Notes under the pieces: model-generated
What the model was told of the DNA's origin: nothing
What the model saw: only the letters and a program-made list of their open reading frames with translations
Database searches by the model: none
Part shown: piece by piece, positions 21,971 through 31,683 of the stretch
Position numbering within the stretch: the first letter of the stretch is position 1
Layout: each line of letters opens with the position of its first letter
Made by a program: the position numbers and the translations under genes
Assembly (NCBI GenBank): GCA_947172645.1
Contig: CAMWBY010000015.1
Coordinates: forward strand, 22,720-86,719
DNA length: 64,000 nt
Source: an uncultured Lachnospiraceae bacterium
Lineage (GTDB): Bacteria; Bacillota; Clostridia; Lachnospirales; Lachnospiraceae
Reading direction: 5' to 3'

Positions 21971-22903
21971 TTATGAATCTTTTTTGTAATCGACAATAAT
22001 CGATGTTATGAAACAACAGATGCCGCCTATTGCAAAGGCCATGCAGTGAGGCATACCGAAATTGCCGGACCGGGAAGCTAAAATTAGGTAAATAATTGTG
22101 CTGAGTAACATGATACAGCCGTTTATGGAACCTTTTAGTTTTTCCGTTTTATATGTATCCGATTCTTTGTCGTTTATTTTGTTGTACTCTTCTATGTTGT
22201 ATTTACTTTTTTGTATACAGGCATAGATAAATAACATGACGGCTATAGTAACAAATAACATAAAAAGCGACATCATCAAAGATTCAAGGTATTCATTGGA
22301 AGTAATTTCAGGATAAATTGCTTCCGAGCCGAGTAATATGATAACTCCAATCAGTATGAGCGATACGCCTGCGGCAATCAAAACCGGAAATTTCTTATTG
22401 AATAAATCTATTTCTTTCTGTGTATAGAAATTGTCAATCTGTTTGTTTTTGTTGACAAAATTTGTATGCTGTATGCCTATTACAATCAGGATTGCCACGC
22501 CGATTGTGACGAAAATTAAAAATATCATGTTGGCGAAATCTTCTTTAATCACTTCTGTGCCGCTACTTATAAAGTAATTAATGCCATAAAGAAGAGACAT
22601 AAAGGATACGCCAAAGATAATAACGCCTACGCCAAGTGAAATCAATTTACTGAAAAGATTCATATGGCTGTCATATTCGCTTTTCCCTTCTATGTTAATG
22701 TCATGGATGTTTCCCTGTACGAGGTCATCCATACTGCAATGGAACATCTGGCATAATTGAAGTAGTTTATCCATCTCCGGGTATGTAGTGTCGGATTCCC
22801 ATTTAGATACGGACTGCCTGGAAACATTTAATTGTTCCGCAAGCTGTTCTTGTGTAATATTTTCCTTTTTCCTTAAGTATTGTAAGTTTTCCCCTAAACT
22901 CAT
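21971..22903 (-). CDS. XRE-family HTH regulator fused to a multi-pass membrane domain
   Basis: 'LQYLRKKENITQEQLAEQLNVSRQSVSKWES' HTH followed by about 6 hydrophobic helices. The ATG at 22903 follows GGAAGGAG. Confidence 0.85.
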   Translation of the reverse strand: MSLGENLQYLRKKENITQEQLAEQLNVSRQSVSKWESDTTYPEMDKLLQLCQMFHCSMDDLVQGNIHDINIEGKSEYDSHMNLFSKLISLGVGVIIFGVSFMSLLYGINYFISSGTEVIKEDFANMIFLIFVTIGVAILIVIGIQHTNFVNKNKQIDNFYTQKEIDLFNKKFPVLIAAGVSLILIGVIILLGSEAIYPEITSNEYLESLMMSLFMLFVTIAVMLFIYACIQKSKYNIEEYNKINDKESDTYKTEKLKGSINGCIMLLSTIIYLILASRSGNFGMPHCMAFAIGGICCFITSIIVDYKKDS

Positions 22904-23071
22904 TTTTTCTCCTTCCGATAGATAAAAAATTATAATTTTCAAATTTCTGTTTTCAATTTTTTTGTTATTGACTGTCAGTAACTATCTTGTATTTTAGTAA
23001 AAAATCCATGTTAATTCTATCAATTTCATGTTGCTTTTGAGTTTTTTGATGTAAATTTGAGGTTGCATTGC

Positions 23072-23101
23072 AAAAAAAGCGGTATAAACTCCGCTTTTTT
23101 T
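23072..23101. terminator. Bidirectional rho-independent terminator
   Basis: AAAAAAAGCGG-tataaact-CCGCTTTTTTT, immediately after the stop of the flavin-reductase/rubredoxin gene. Confidence 0.75.
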
Positions 23102-23702
23102 ACGTTATCTTTTCAAAATCTTCTACGCCGTGTTTACACCAGGGGCAAACAAAATCAGGCGGGAGTTCTTCCCCTTCATAAACATAACCGCAGACTACAC
23201 AGCGCCATCCTTTAGCAGATACTGTCTCCGGCTGGGGTTTGACAAATTCATGGTAGAAAGAGTAGGTCATAGCTTTTTCTCCGGACAAAACATCGCAGTC
23301 GGATACAGAGGCGAGAAAAAGCATATGGGTTCCAAGGTCGAAACTGTTTACCACTTTACAGTCTAAGTAAGCCGTAGTGTGGTTGGTCAGATAAGGAAGC
23401 TCTTGTGTTGTCATGGCAAAAGGAATATCCACAAATTTATCCGTATTTCTTCCACTCTGGAAACCAAAATGCTGAAAGAGAGAAAAAGGGGCTGTTTCCG
23501 ATAATATAGAAACGGCTAATTTACCCGATTTTTCAATCAGTTCACAGGTGAGGTTATCTTTATTAATAGCGACGACAATTTGTTTCGGATTGTCTGTGAC
23601 CTGCGTGACTGTGTTAATGATACAGCCATTCATTTTCTTATCGTGTTTTGTTGAGACAACGTACAAGCCGTAAGACAACTGAAATAAAGCTTTAGGGTTC
23701 AT
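23100..23702 (-). CDS. Flavin-reductase-domain / rubredoxin fusion (Hrb-like high-molecular-weight rubredoxin)
   Basis: N-terminal flavin_reduct-like 'YGLYVVST...MNGCIINTV'. C-terminal rubredoxin 'CVVCGYVYEG...PDFVCPWCKHG' (two CxxC pairs). Confidence 0.85.
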   Translation of the reverse strand: MNPKALFQLSYGLYVVSTKHDKKMNGCIINTVTQVTDNPKQIVVAINKDNLTCELIEKSGKLAVSILSETAPFSLFQHFGFQSGRNTDKFVDIPFAMTTQELPYLTNHTTAYLDCKVVNSFDLGTHMLFLASVSDCDVLSGEKAMTYSFYHEFVKPQPETVSAKGWRCVVCGYVYEGEELPPDFVCPWCKHGVEDFEKIT

Positions 23703-23937
23703 AGAAAATTCCTTTCCGGTACTATCATCATTATTAGATACAAATAGTATGTACAGAATACTTATAAATATGTATAAATCCCTGCAGATGTTTGAGTGAA
23801 GATAAAAAAGAAAATAGATAAATAGTTAGAAAATCCGCAATTGAACTACGTTGAAAAAGTTTCTGTTTACTATTATACTTGAATAAAAATAGATGATGGC
23901 AAAAATAAAGAAATAGAGGAAGGTATAGGTTATTCAT

Positions 23938-25317
23938 ATGAAATTTTCCAGTGCGGAAGAAAAAAGAGTCTATATGACGGAAGAGCCGGTGAGAAAACTG
24001 GTGTGTACGCTTGCGGTTCCGACAATTTTAAGTATGTTGGTGACTTCTTTTTATAACATGGCGGATACTTTTTTTGTAGGGAAATTAAATACGCAGTCTA
24101 CGGCGGCAGTCGGAGTTTCCTTCTCGCTGATGGCGATAATCCAGGCGATAGGATTCTTATTTGGCCATGGGTCAGGTAATTATATATCCAGAAAATTAGG
24201 AGCAGGGAACGTGGAAGAGGCGGAGAACATGTCTTCTGTCGGATTCTTTACGTCTTTTTTTGCAGGCGCTATGATTATGGCAGGATGCATTTTTTTTATT
24301 GAGCCGCTTTCCTATGCTCTTGGGTCCACCCCTACGATTCAGCCATATACAGTGTCTTATTTAAGGATTATCCTTTTTGGCGCGCCTGCTATGACGGCGT
24401 CCCTTGTCTTGAATAACCAGATGCGTTTCCAGGGAAGCGCTTTCTATGCGATGGTCGGTATTGTATCGGGTGCAGTGATTAATATTTTATTAGACCCGGT
24501 TCTCATATTTGTATGCGGAATGGGAATTGCGGGGGCTGCCCTTGCTACGACATTAAGCCAGTATCTTAGTTTTGTCCTTCTTCTTATCATGGTAAGACAG
24601 GGAGGCAATATACAGATTCGTTTCAATAATTTTAAACCAAGTCTGCACTTCTATAAAGAAATCATAAGAGGAGGAATCCCTGCGTTATTCCGGCAGGGCC
24701 TTGCCAGTGTGGCTACGATTTGTTTAAATCATGCAGCCAGTGTCTATGGGGATGCGGCGATTGCGGGAATGTCTATCGTTTCACGGATTATGATGTTTGC
24801 CAATTCCGCCCTGATTGGATTTGGCCAGGGATTCCAGCCTGTATGCGGTTTTAATTATGGGGCAGGAAAGTATAAGAGAGTGTTGGACGCCTATTGGTTT
24901 TGTGTGAAGTTTTCGTTCATGGTTCTTGTCGGTTTGGCTGTAGTGGTGTATGTGTTTGCGCCGCAGCTTGTGACAGTGTTCCGTAAAGGTGATTTGGATG
25001 TTATTTCTGTCGGCACTGCGGCGCTTCGTTATTCTGTCATTGCTTTTCCTTTGAGCGCATGGATTATCATGTGCAATATGATGCTGCAATCTATCGGAAA
25101 AGGAGTTAAGGCTTCCATCGTATCATCGGCGAGACAGGGGATTTTCTTTCTTCCGCTTATTGCAATCCTCCCGTATTTTTTTGGGCTGACGGGCGTTGAA
25201 ATCTGCCAGGCTGTCTCGGACGTGTTTGCGCTTACGGTCTCCATCCCAATTGGAATGAGTGTCATTAAGGAGATGAAGGGAGAAGATACTTCCTTGCGCG
25301 ATACACGGAAAAATTAA
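23938..25317 (+). CDS. MATE-family efflux transporter
   Basis: 12-TM profile, 'PTILSMLVTSFYNMADTFFVGKL' MatE N-lobe plus a repeated C-lobe. An alternative start is Met13. Confidence 0.9.
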   Translation: MKFSSAEEKRVYMTEEPVRKLVCTLAVPTILSMLVTSFYNMADTFFVGKLNTQSTAAVGVSFSLMAIIQAIGFLFGHGSGNYISRKLGAGNVEEAENMSSVGFFTSFFAGAMIMAGCIFFIEPLSYALGSTPTIQPYTVSYLRIILFGAPAMTASLVLNNQMRFQGSAFYAMVGIVSGAVINILLDPVLIFVCGMGIAGAALATTLSQYLSFVLLLIMVRQGGNIQIRFNNFKPSLHFYKEIIRGGIPALFRQGLASVATICLNHAASVYGDAAIAGMSIVSRIMMFANSALIGFGQGFQPVCGFNYGAGKYKRVLDAYWFCVKFSFMVLVGLAVVVYVFAPQLVTVFRKGDLDVISVGTAALRYSVIAFPLSAWIIMCNMMLQSIGKGVKASIVSSARQGIFFLPLIAILPYFFGLTGVEICQAVSDVFALTVSIPIGMSVIKEMKGEDTSLRDTRKN

Positions 25318-27013
25318 AGTTTCTTATATGCATATCTTCCGAAAGAAGCTGCATATCCTCATAATACCTGTGGAACCATGTAAGGCCGTCAAGAATACTG
25401 TTGTCTTCCTCTTCCTCATAATGTCTTAATGTATAGTCCCAGTTTTCCAGTACGTTGTCTGTCTCAAGATAATCGGACGCCGACTGAAGATAGGGATTAT
25501 ATTTTTTGTCAAGTAAGATTGGCGCCGCGTCTGAAGAAAGGCGGCATAAATATTTTTTGTTATCTAAAGTGTCATAGTCATCCAAATAGTCCAAATGCAG
25601 TGGATTCAAATTATATTTTGCAATAAAGTAATCCGGATGGGAGAAGGAAAGCCCAAGGTAAAATAAAGTAACAACAACCATGCTGTAAGTAAAAAGAGGA
25701 AATTTGTCCATATAAATGGAAGCCGTAACGCCGGCCATCAGGAGGAAAATAACAGCCAATGACCAGAGAACCAATATCCGTAAAAATGTCAGATTGTAGC
25801 GGCTGATATACATTAACATCCGAAGAGAACTGGATAAAATCATAATAAAAGTGCACCCGCTCATGACTGTCAATACAATTTTCAGCACAATGTTTTCCCT
25901 GAAAAAATACAGGCATACAAGCACGATAAGAAGATTCAATATGCATACGGTCAGCAGTTGGAAGAAACCTTCCCTTGCATACTGGGAATAAGTATATCCT
26001 TCCGGGAGCTTCATATTGCCGACGAAAAGATATAAAATCTGGATAACGCTGAACATCAAATAGAGAATGGAGAGCGCTGTCGTTACAATAATGGCAATAA
26101 TCGGTTCAGAAGTCCTGTGGTCGGTAACTTCTTCTTTGATATTTTTCAGGCAAAGCGCTGCATAGACAGCGTAAGAGAAGAAAAATACCAATATTGTCAG
26201 AAATAAGATTTCAAAAAGAGTCATAAAGTTCAGGGCTTCCAATATGTTGTTTATAATGCTTAAGAATACGGCGTCGGCGCTGGCGAGAAGAGCGGTCACA
26301 ATAAGAAGGATAGGTATGGTGATTGCGATACCTGCCAGGACAGGAATTAAGTAACTTTTTTTGCCCTTTTTTTCATGCTTTGTGGAATCGACATAAGAAA
26401 CCATATCGCCTAACGGACGAAATACAGAGGCAAATACTGTACCTATTGTCTGGGCAATGGAACTGAAATATTTAGGCAGGTTCCACTCTTTGTCACAATA
26501 CATTGTGTGTATGATAAGAATAAAGGAAAGAATGACAAGGCCGCATTTGTTCATAAATAATATTTGCCCGGAATTGGTAAGACAGTTGGAAATACCAAGC
26601 AGGAAGATACTAATCATGTAAAAAATGCTGTCTTTTTTGTATGGAACCCCTAACTTTTTCATAGAGAAGAAGAAATAGCAAAGGGTTCCGGCGACGAAAA
26701 AAGGGTAGGTGATACCAGATGTATTTTTGTAGAGGCAAAAAGTATAAAAAATGGCATAAAGCAGGCTCCCGATACTAAAGAAGGGAAAATTTGCTTTCAA
26801 TCTTTTCGTATAGACTGTATCTTCTTTTTCTTTTATATAAGATGCGTAAGGATTGTTTGTATTATTGTTTGCATAAGGGTTGTTTGTATATGGATTATTG
26901 TTGTAAGGGGATTTATCCCTTGCTGTCTGTTGAGAAGGGGATTTATCCTTTACTGTCTGTTGAGGCACTGCCTGGTTTGGGGTAACGTTTGTCTGTTCTT
27001 TGATTGGTTCCAT
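25265..27013 (-). CDS. Large polytopic membrane protein (DUF4153/DUF4173-like) with a low-complexity N-terminal tail
   Basis: More than 10 hydrophobic helices. The ORF reaches 27046, but the ATG at 27013 is 6 nt after AAGGAG. The N-terminus carries QQT(V/A)(K/R)DKSP x2 and NNPY repeats. Confidence 0.8.
   Translation of the reverse strand: MEPIKEQTNVTPNQAVPQQTVKDKSPSQQTARDKSPYNNNPYTNNPYANNNTNNPYASYIKEKEDTVYTKRLKANFPFFSIGSLLYAIFYTFCLYKNTSGITYPFFVAGTLCYFFFSMKKLGVPYKKDSIFYMISIFLLGISNCLTNSGQILFMNKCGLVILSFILIIHTMYCDKEWNLPKYFSSIAQTIGTVFASVFRPLGDMVSYVDSTKHEKKGKKSYLIPVLAGIAITIPILLIVTALLASADAVFLSIINNILEALNFMTLFEILFLTILVFFFSYAVYAALCLKNIKEEVTDHRTSEPIIAIIVTTALSILYLMFSVIQILYLFVGNMKLPEGYTYSQYAREGFFQLLTVCILNLLIVLVCLYFFRENIVLKIVLTVMSGCTFIMILSSSLRMLMYISRYNLTFLRILVLWSLAVIFLLMAGVTASIYMDKFPLFTYSMVVVTLFYLGLSFSHPDYFIAKYNLNPLHLDYLDDYDTLDNKKYLCRLSSDAAPILLDKKYNPYLQSASDYLETDNVLENWDYTLRHYEEEEDNSILDGLTWFHRYYEDMQLLSEDMHIRNFNFSVYRARKYLLPSSP
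26907..26966. repeat. 30-bp tandem duplication inside the CDS
   Basis: GGGGATTTATCCCTTGCTGTCTGTTGAGAA and GGGGATTTATCCTTTACTGTCTGTTGAGGC. These encode the duplicated decapeptide in the membrane protein's N-terminal tail. Confidence 0.9.
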
Positions 27014-27046
27014 AAGAAGCTCCTTTCTTCGACTATATTTTTTCAT

Positions 27047-27277
27047 CTACTCTTCGTTCTCTGGAATGTTTTCATCTTCCACATACTGTAAGAGGTCTCC
27101 GGGCTGACAGTCCAGCGCTTTACAGATTTCGTTCAGTGTGGAAAGACGGATTGCTTTCGCCTTATTATTTTTTAAGATGGACAGGTTCGCAAGGGTAATA
27201 TCGATTTCTCCCGCCAATTCGGTCAATCCCTTCTTGCGCATTGCCATCATCACATCTAAATTGATAATGATTGCCAT
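27047..27277 (-). CDS. Small Cro/C1-type HTH transcriptional regulator (YozG-like)
   Basis: 'MAIIINLDVMMAMRKKGLTELAGEIDITLANLSILKNNKAKAIRLSTLNEICKALDCQPGDLL'. Typical partner of DUF2975 proteins. Confidence 0.88.
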   Translation of the reverse strand: MAIIINLDVMMAMRKKGLTELAGEIDITLANLSILKNNKAKAIRLSTLNEICKALDCQPGDLLQYVEDENIPENEE

Positions 27278-27362
27278 ATTATCCCCCATTTTTGCTTAGC
27301 TTGCGAATTGATTCGGACAGTGAAACAATCTTCCGAATATGGATTTTGTTTTGTAGTAAACG

Positions 27363-27809
27363 TCAAATCGTCAAGTCATTTTCCTGTTTATATGTGACTG
27401 CCTTGTCGAAGACGCCTGCAAGCACTTTGCTGAAGAGTCCCGCAATCACAAATACAAGAATGATGATAAGTACGGCCGGAGTCAGGTAAATAAAAAGTCT
27501 ACAGGCCGTAATGACGGCGATAAAGAAACTGTAAATGCTCATTTTCTCAAGGCTTATCACATTCTCCCTGATGAAGCAGTCGTCATTGATGACAGTGCGG
27601 AACATTTTGCGCAGTTGTTTGATAATCAGGATTGCAAAAACGCCGGATAGGAGAAAGATAACGCATAGAGAATAATAGTTATTCGCGAAGTAGCTGTTAT
27701 ATTTTCCATAGAATCTGAAACTTAGGGGAAGCGTTGCAATGACAACAATTCCCGAATAATACATAAAATCAAGCAAAAATTTGGTAAACAGAGTCAGTTT
27801 ATCTTTCAT
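27363..27809 (-). CDS. DUF2975-like small membrane protein
   Basis: 148 aa with 4 predicted helices, located immediately upstream of a YozG-type HTH. SD GAAAGGA lies 9 nt before the ATG. Confidence 0.75.
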   Translation of the reverse strand: MKDKLTLFTKFLLDFMYYSGIVVIATLPLSFRFYGKYNSYFANNYYSLCVIFLLSGVFAILIIKQLRKMFRTVINDDCFIRENVISLEKMSIYSFFIAVITACRLFIYLTPAVLIIILVFVIAGLFSKVLAGVFDKAVTYKQENDLTI

Positions 27810-27905
27810 ATGTATCAGTCCTTTCTACATATCAATTTGCCCTATAAAAGTATTCCTAGTCTGTCAATCGTTTCTGTAAAAGTAATATACCACCTAATAA
27901 AATAA

Positions 27906-27929
27906 AAATCAATAAAAATTTATTGATTT
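27906..27929. promoter_or_regulatory. Perfect 11-bp-arm palindrome, candidate operator in a divergent promoter region
   Basis: AAATCAATAAA-AA-TTTATTGATTT, about 100 nt upstream of the DUF2975/HTH operon start and about 135 nt upstream of the reductase gene. Confidence 0.4.
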
Positions 27930-28064
27930 ACAATAAATTTTTATTATTCTTCAATAATATAAAATTTAAAAAACTGTTAGATACAAATCAATTGATAATA
28001 GTTATGGCAGACATTATAATAAATTTATGGGTTATCGCAAACTTATTTTGAAGGAGGAAAACAT

Positions 28065-29210
28065 ATGAAGTATAGGGAGTTGGGGAAAACCGGATTAATG
28101 GTAAGTGAAATCGGTCTGGGAGGAGAATGGCTTGAGCGTCATAACACTCAGGAGGTTCAGGAAATTATCGATGCCTGTGAAAAAGAAGGAATCAATATTT
28201 TAGACTGTTGGATGTCAGAACCGAATGTACGGAGCAATATCGGATTGGCGTTAGCAGGCAGACGTGAAAAGTGGATGATTCAGGGACACATCGGTTCCAC
28301 ATGGGAGAACGGACAGTATGTCAGGACACGTGATTTAAATAAAGTGAAACTTGCGTTTGAGGACCTTTTGACGCGTATGCAGACGGATTACATCGACCTT
28401 GGCATGATTCATTTCGTAGATACGGAAGAAGAATTTGAACAGGCGGTAAAGGGTGAATTTATGGACTATGTCCGTCAGCTTAAGAGAGAAGGGAAGATTC
28501 GCCATATAGGGATGAGCACCCATAATCCGGAAATGGCAAAACTTGCAGCCTGCCAGGGTGAGATTGAGATGATATTGTTCAGCGTCAATCCGGCATTTGA
28601 TATGCTTCCGCCTATTTCGGATATAGATGAGTATTTTGTCGAAAAATATGATGAAAATCTCTGTGGCATCGCACCGGAAAGAGAAGAATTATATAAACTT
28701 TGCGAGCAGAATCAGATAGGAATTACCGTGATGAAAGGATACGCGGGCGGGCGTCTTTTCCAGGCGGATACGTCGCCGTTTGGAGTTGCCTTGACCCCGG
28801 TACAATGTCTGCACTATGCCTTGACCCGCCCGGCAGTGGCTTCGGTGATGGTAGGGTTTGACTCTACACAGCATGTCGCCGAGGCGGTGGCATATGAGAC
28901 GGCTTCGGAAGAAGAGAAAGATTATGCGGGCGTTTTGGCTTCTGCCCCGTATCACCGTTTTTCAACTGGGCAATGTACATATTGCGGACATTGCGCGCCA
29001 TGTCCGGTTAAAATAGATATCGCGATGGTTAATAAATTATATGACCTGGCAACGATGCAGGAAGAAGTTCCCGGGACAGTACGTGCGCATTATGAACAGC
29101 TTGAAGCAAATGCGTCGGATTGTGTCGGGTGCAAAGGGTGTGAAAGCAGATGTCCGTTCCAGGTGCCTATTGCGGAGAGGATGCAGAAGACGAAAGAATT
29201 ATTTTCATAA
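28065..29210 (+). CDS. Aldo/keto reductase fused to a C-terminal 2x[4Fe-4S] ferredoxin-like domain
   Basis: AKR N-terminus 'YRELGKTGLMVSEIGLG' and 'IRHIGMSTH'. C-terminal 'CTYCGHCAPCP' and 'CVGCKGCESRCP'. Confidence 0.88.
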   Translation: MKYRELGKTGLMVSEIGLGGEWLERHNTQEVQEIIDACEKEGINILDCWMSEPNVRSNIGLALAGRREKWMIQGHIGSTWENGQYVRTRDLNKVKLAFEDLLTRMQTDYIDLGMIHFVDTEEEFEQAVKGEFMDYVRQLKREGKIRHIGMSTHNPEMAKLAACQGEIEMILFSVNPAFDMLPPISDIDEYFVEKYDENLCGIAPEREELYKLCEQNQIGITVMKGYAGGRLFQADTSPFGVALTPVQCLHYALTRPAVASVMVGFDSTQHVAEAVAYETASEEEKDYAGVLASAPYHRFSTGQCTYCGHCAPCPVKIDIAMVNKLYDLATMQEEVPGTVRAHYEQLEANASDCVGCKGCESRCPFQVPIAERMQKTKELFS

Positions 29211-29250
29211 AATAACAGGAGGAAAGATTGAAAAGAGAAGTTTTTAATCG

Positions 29251-31683
29251 ATGAAAAATATGGGTAAGTGGCAGAGAAGCTTCTATCATCCAGGTATCGG
29301 GCTTGGAGAAGAGGGCAGGCGCGTGACAGGGTGCAAAGAGCATATCGCGTTGTCCAGGAAAGCGGCAGGGGAAGGAATGGTTTTGCTGAAAAATGAGAAT
29401 CAGTGCCTTCCACTGAAAAAGGGTGCCAAGGTTGCTCTTTTTGGAAAAGGCAGTATCGATTATGTCAAGGGTGGCGGCGGCAGCGGGGATGTGACGGTGG
29501 ATTACATCAGAAATTTATATGAAGGAATGAAAATCAAGGAGAAGGAGGGAAAAGTTTCTCTTTTTCATGAGTTGTCAGGATTCTATGAAGATAATGTCAG
29601 AAAACAATATGCGCAAGGCGCAGAACCGGGCATGACAAGAGAGCCGAAACTTCCGGGGGAACTTATAGAGAGGGCCAAGGCGTTCACAGATACGGCTGTC
29701 ATCGCAGTTAGCAGGTTTTCAGGCGAGGGATGGGACAGAAAATGTGAGATGGGAGAGAATTTCGACCCGTTGGATTATGCGTTAAAACATATGCAACTCA
29801 GTGCGCAAATCTTTGAAAACGGCGATTTCTGCCTGACAAACAGCGAGATGGAATTGGTGGAAACCGTGAAACAGAATTTTGCTCATGTAATTGTAGTGAT
29901 GAATGTGGGAGGAGTTGTAGATTCTAGCTGGTTTAAAGATACCAAAGAAATTTCTTCTGTATTGATGGGATGGCAGGGCGGAATGGAAGGCGGTCTTGCT
30001 ATGGCGGATGTGCTTTGCGGTGATGTGAATCCATCCGGGAAACTGACGGATACTTTTGCCGCCAGTCTGGAAGATTATCCTTCTACGGAAGGATTCCATA
30101 AATCATGGGATTATGTGGATTACACGGAAGATATCTATGTTGGTTACCGCTATTTCGAGACAATTCCGGGCGCCGATAAGAAAGTGAATTATCCGTTTGG
30201 TTTTGGGCTCTCTTATACCGAATTTTCTATCGATGTGTTGGATATAAGAGAAAATCATGGGAATATATGTATTCTGGCAAAAGCGGCCAATATAGGAGAA
30301 ATGCCTGGACGGGAAGTGGTGCAGATATATTTTAGCGCTCCTCAGGGAAAACTTGGTAAACCTGCGAAGGCGTTGGCGGCTTATCAGAAAACGAAGATGC
30401 TGGAGCCGGGTGAAGAACAGATTTTCCATCTTTGTTTTCCGGTTTCCCAGATGGCATCCTACGATGATTTAGGTAAAGTGTGCGCTTCCGCCTATATCTT
30501 AGAGCCGGGTGAGTACAAATTTTATGTAGGCAACAGTATACGGAATGTGGAAAAACTGGATTTTTCTTATTTTGTAGAAGAAATGACGGTTACCAGTCAG
30601 TTGAGCAGAAAAGGGGCGCCTTGCCAACTTTCCAAAAGAATGAGGGCGGACGGTTCTTTTGAAGAATTACCTCTCATGGAAAGACAAGAGGAAGCAGGTT
30701 TAGAAAGACAAAAGAAAGATACTTTAGAAGGTATTATGCCTGCTGTGCGGGAATTGGAAAGACGGATTAGGGAAGAGAGAAAACCGGAAGACGGAGGTAT
30801 TTATTGTCTGGAGGATGTGGCCAAAGGAAAAGTATCTTTAGAAAAGTTTATGGAACAGCTTTCTCAAGATGATATGATATGTCTGCTTGGCGGACAGCCA
30901 AATGTGGGAGTCGCCAATACATACGGGATGGGAAATCTTCCTGTGTACGGCGTTCCTAATGTGATGACTGCCGATGGACCTGCCGGTCTTCGTATCAATC
31001 CACAATGCGGCGTGACGACTACGGCGTGGCCTTGCGCTACACTTTTGGCATGTAGTTGGGATGACGAACTGGTGGAAAAAGTAGGAGCAGCCGGGGCGAA
31101 GGAAGTGAAGGAAAATAATATCGGTATATGGCTTACGCCTGCCGTCAATATCCATAGAAGCCCTCTGTGTGGAAGAAATTTTGAATATTATTCAGAGGAC
31201 CCTCTGGTGGCGGGCAAAATAGGCGCCGCAATGGTACGTGGAATACAGTCCCAGCATGTGGGCGCGAGCGTCAAGCATTTTGCCTGCAATAATAAGGAGA
31301 CGAACCGAAAATCGTCGGATTCCCGTGTGTCAGAGCGGGCGCTTCGCGAAATTTATCTGAAAGCCTTTGAGATTATTGTCAAAGAGTCGCAGCCCTATAC
31401 GCTGATGAGCTCTTATAATTTGGTGAACGGTGTACAAGCTTCTGAAAATAAGGAGCTTCTGACAGGTATTCTCCGGGATGAATGGGGATATGAAGGTATC
31501 GTGACGACTGACTGGTGGACATGCGGCGAACATTATAGGGAGGCAAAAGCCGGAAATGACATCAAGATGGCTACCGGATATCCTGAGCGGGTAAAAGAAG
31601 CGTTGGAGAAGGGATTTATTTCCAAAGAAGAAATCTCCCTCTGCGCAAAACGGATTCTGGAGATGATACTGAAAATAGATTAA
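29251..31683 (+). CDS. Glycoside hydrolase family 3 (beta-glucosidase-like) with permuted domain order
   Basis: The N-terminal half resembles the GH3 C-domain plus an Fn3-like module ('MVLLKNE..LPL', 'PFGFGLSYTEF'). The C-terminal half resembles the GH3 catalytic TIM barrel ('HRSPLCGRNFEYYSEDP', 'KHFACNN', 'GIVTTDWW'). Confidence 0.88.
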   Translation: MKNMGKWQRSFYHPGIGLGEEGRRVTGCKEHIALSRKAAGEGMVLLKNENQCLPLKKGAKVALFGKGSIDYVKGGGGSGDVTVDYIRNLYEGMKIKEKEGKVSLFHELSGFYEDNVRKQYAQGAEPGMTREPKLPGELIERAKAFTDTAVIAVSRFSGEGWDRKCEMGENFDPLDYALKHMQLSAQIFENGDFCLTNSEMELVETVKQNFAHVIVVMNVGGVVDSSWFKDTKEISSVLMGWQGGMEGGLAMADVLCGDVNPSGKLTDTFAASLEDYPSTEGFHKSWDYVDYTEDIYVGYRYFETIPGADKKVNYPFGFGLSYTEFSIDVLDIRENHGNICILAKAANIGEMPGREVVQIYFSAPQGKLGKPAKALAAYQKTKMLEPGEEQIFHLCFPVSQMASYDDLGKVCASAYILEPGEYKFYVGNSIRNVEKLDFSYFVEEMTVTSQLSRKGAPCQLSKRMRADGSFEELPLMERQEEAGLERQKKDTLEGIMPAVRELERRIREERKPEDGGIYCLEDVAKGKVSLEKFMEQLSQDDMICLLGGQPNVGVANTYGMGNLPVYGVPNVMTADGPAGLRINPQCGVTTTAWPCATLLACSWDDELVEKVGAAGAKEVKENNIGIWLTPAVNIHRSPLCGRNFEYYSEDPLVAGKIGAAMVRGIQSQHVGASVKHFACNNKETNRKSSDSRVSERALREIYLKAFEIIVKESQPYTLMSSYNLVNGVQASENKELLTGILRDEWGYEGIVTTDWWTCGEHYREAKAGNDIKMATGYPERVKEALEKGFISKEEISLCAKRILEMILKID

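Noticed and set aside
26791-26985. 64-aa plus-strand ORF with a repeated 'GIYPLLSVE' peptide; the 30-bp tandem repeat was also considered as a mini CRISPR-like array
   Set aside because: There are only two adjacent units with no spacers, embedded in-frame in the N-terminal tail of the minus-strand membrane protein. The plus-strand ORF is its mirror image.
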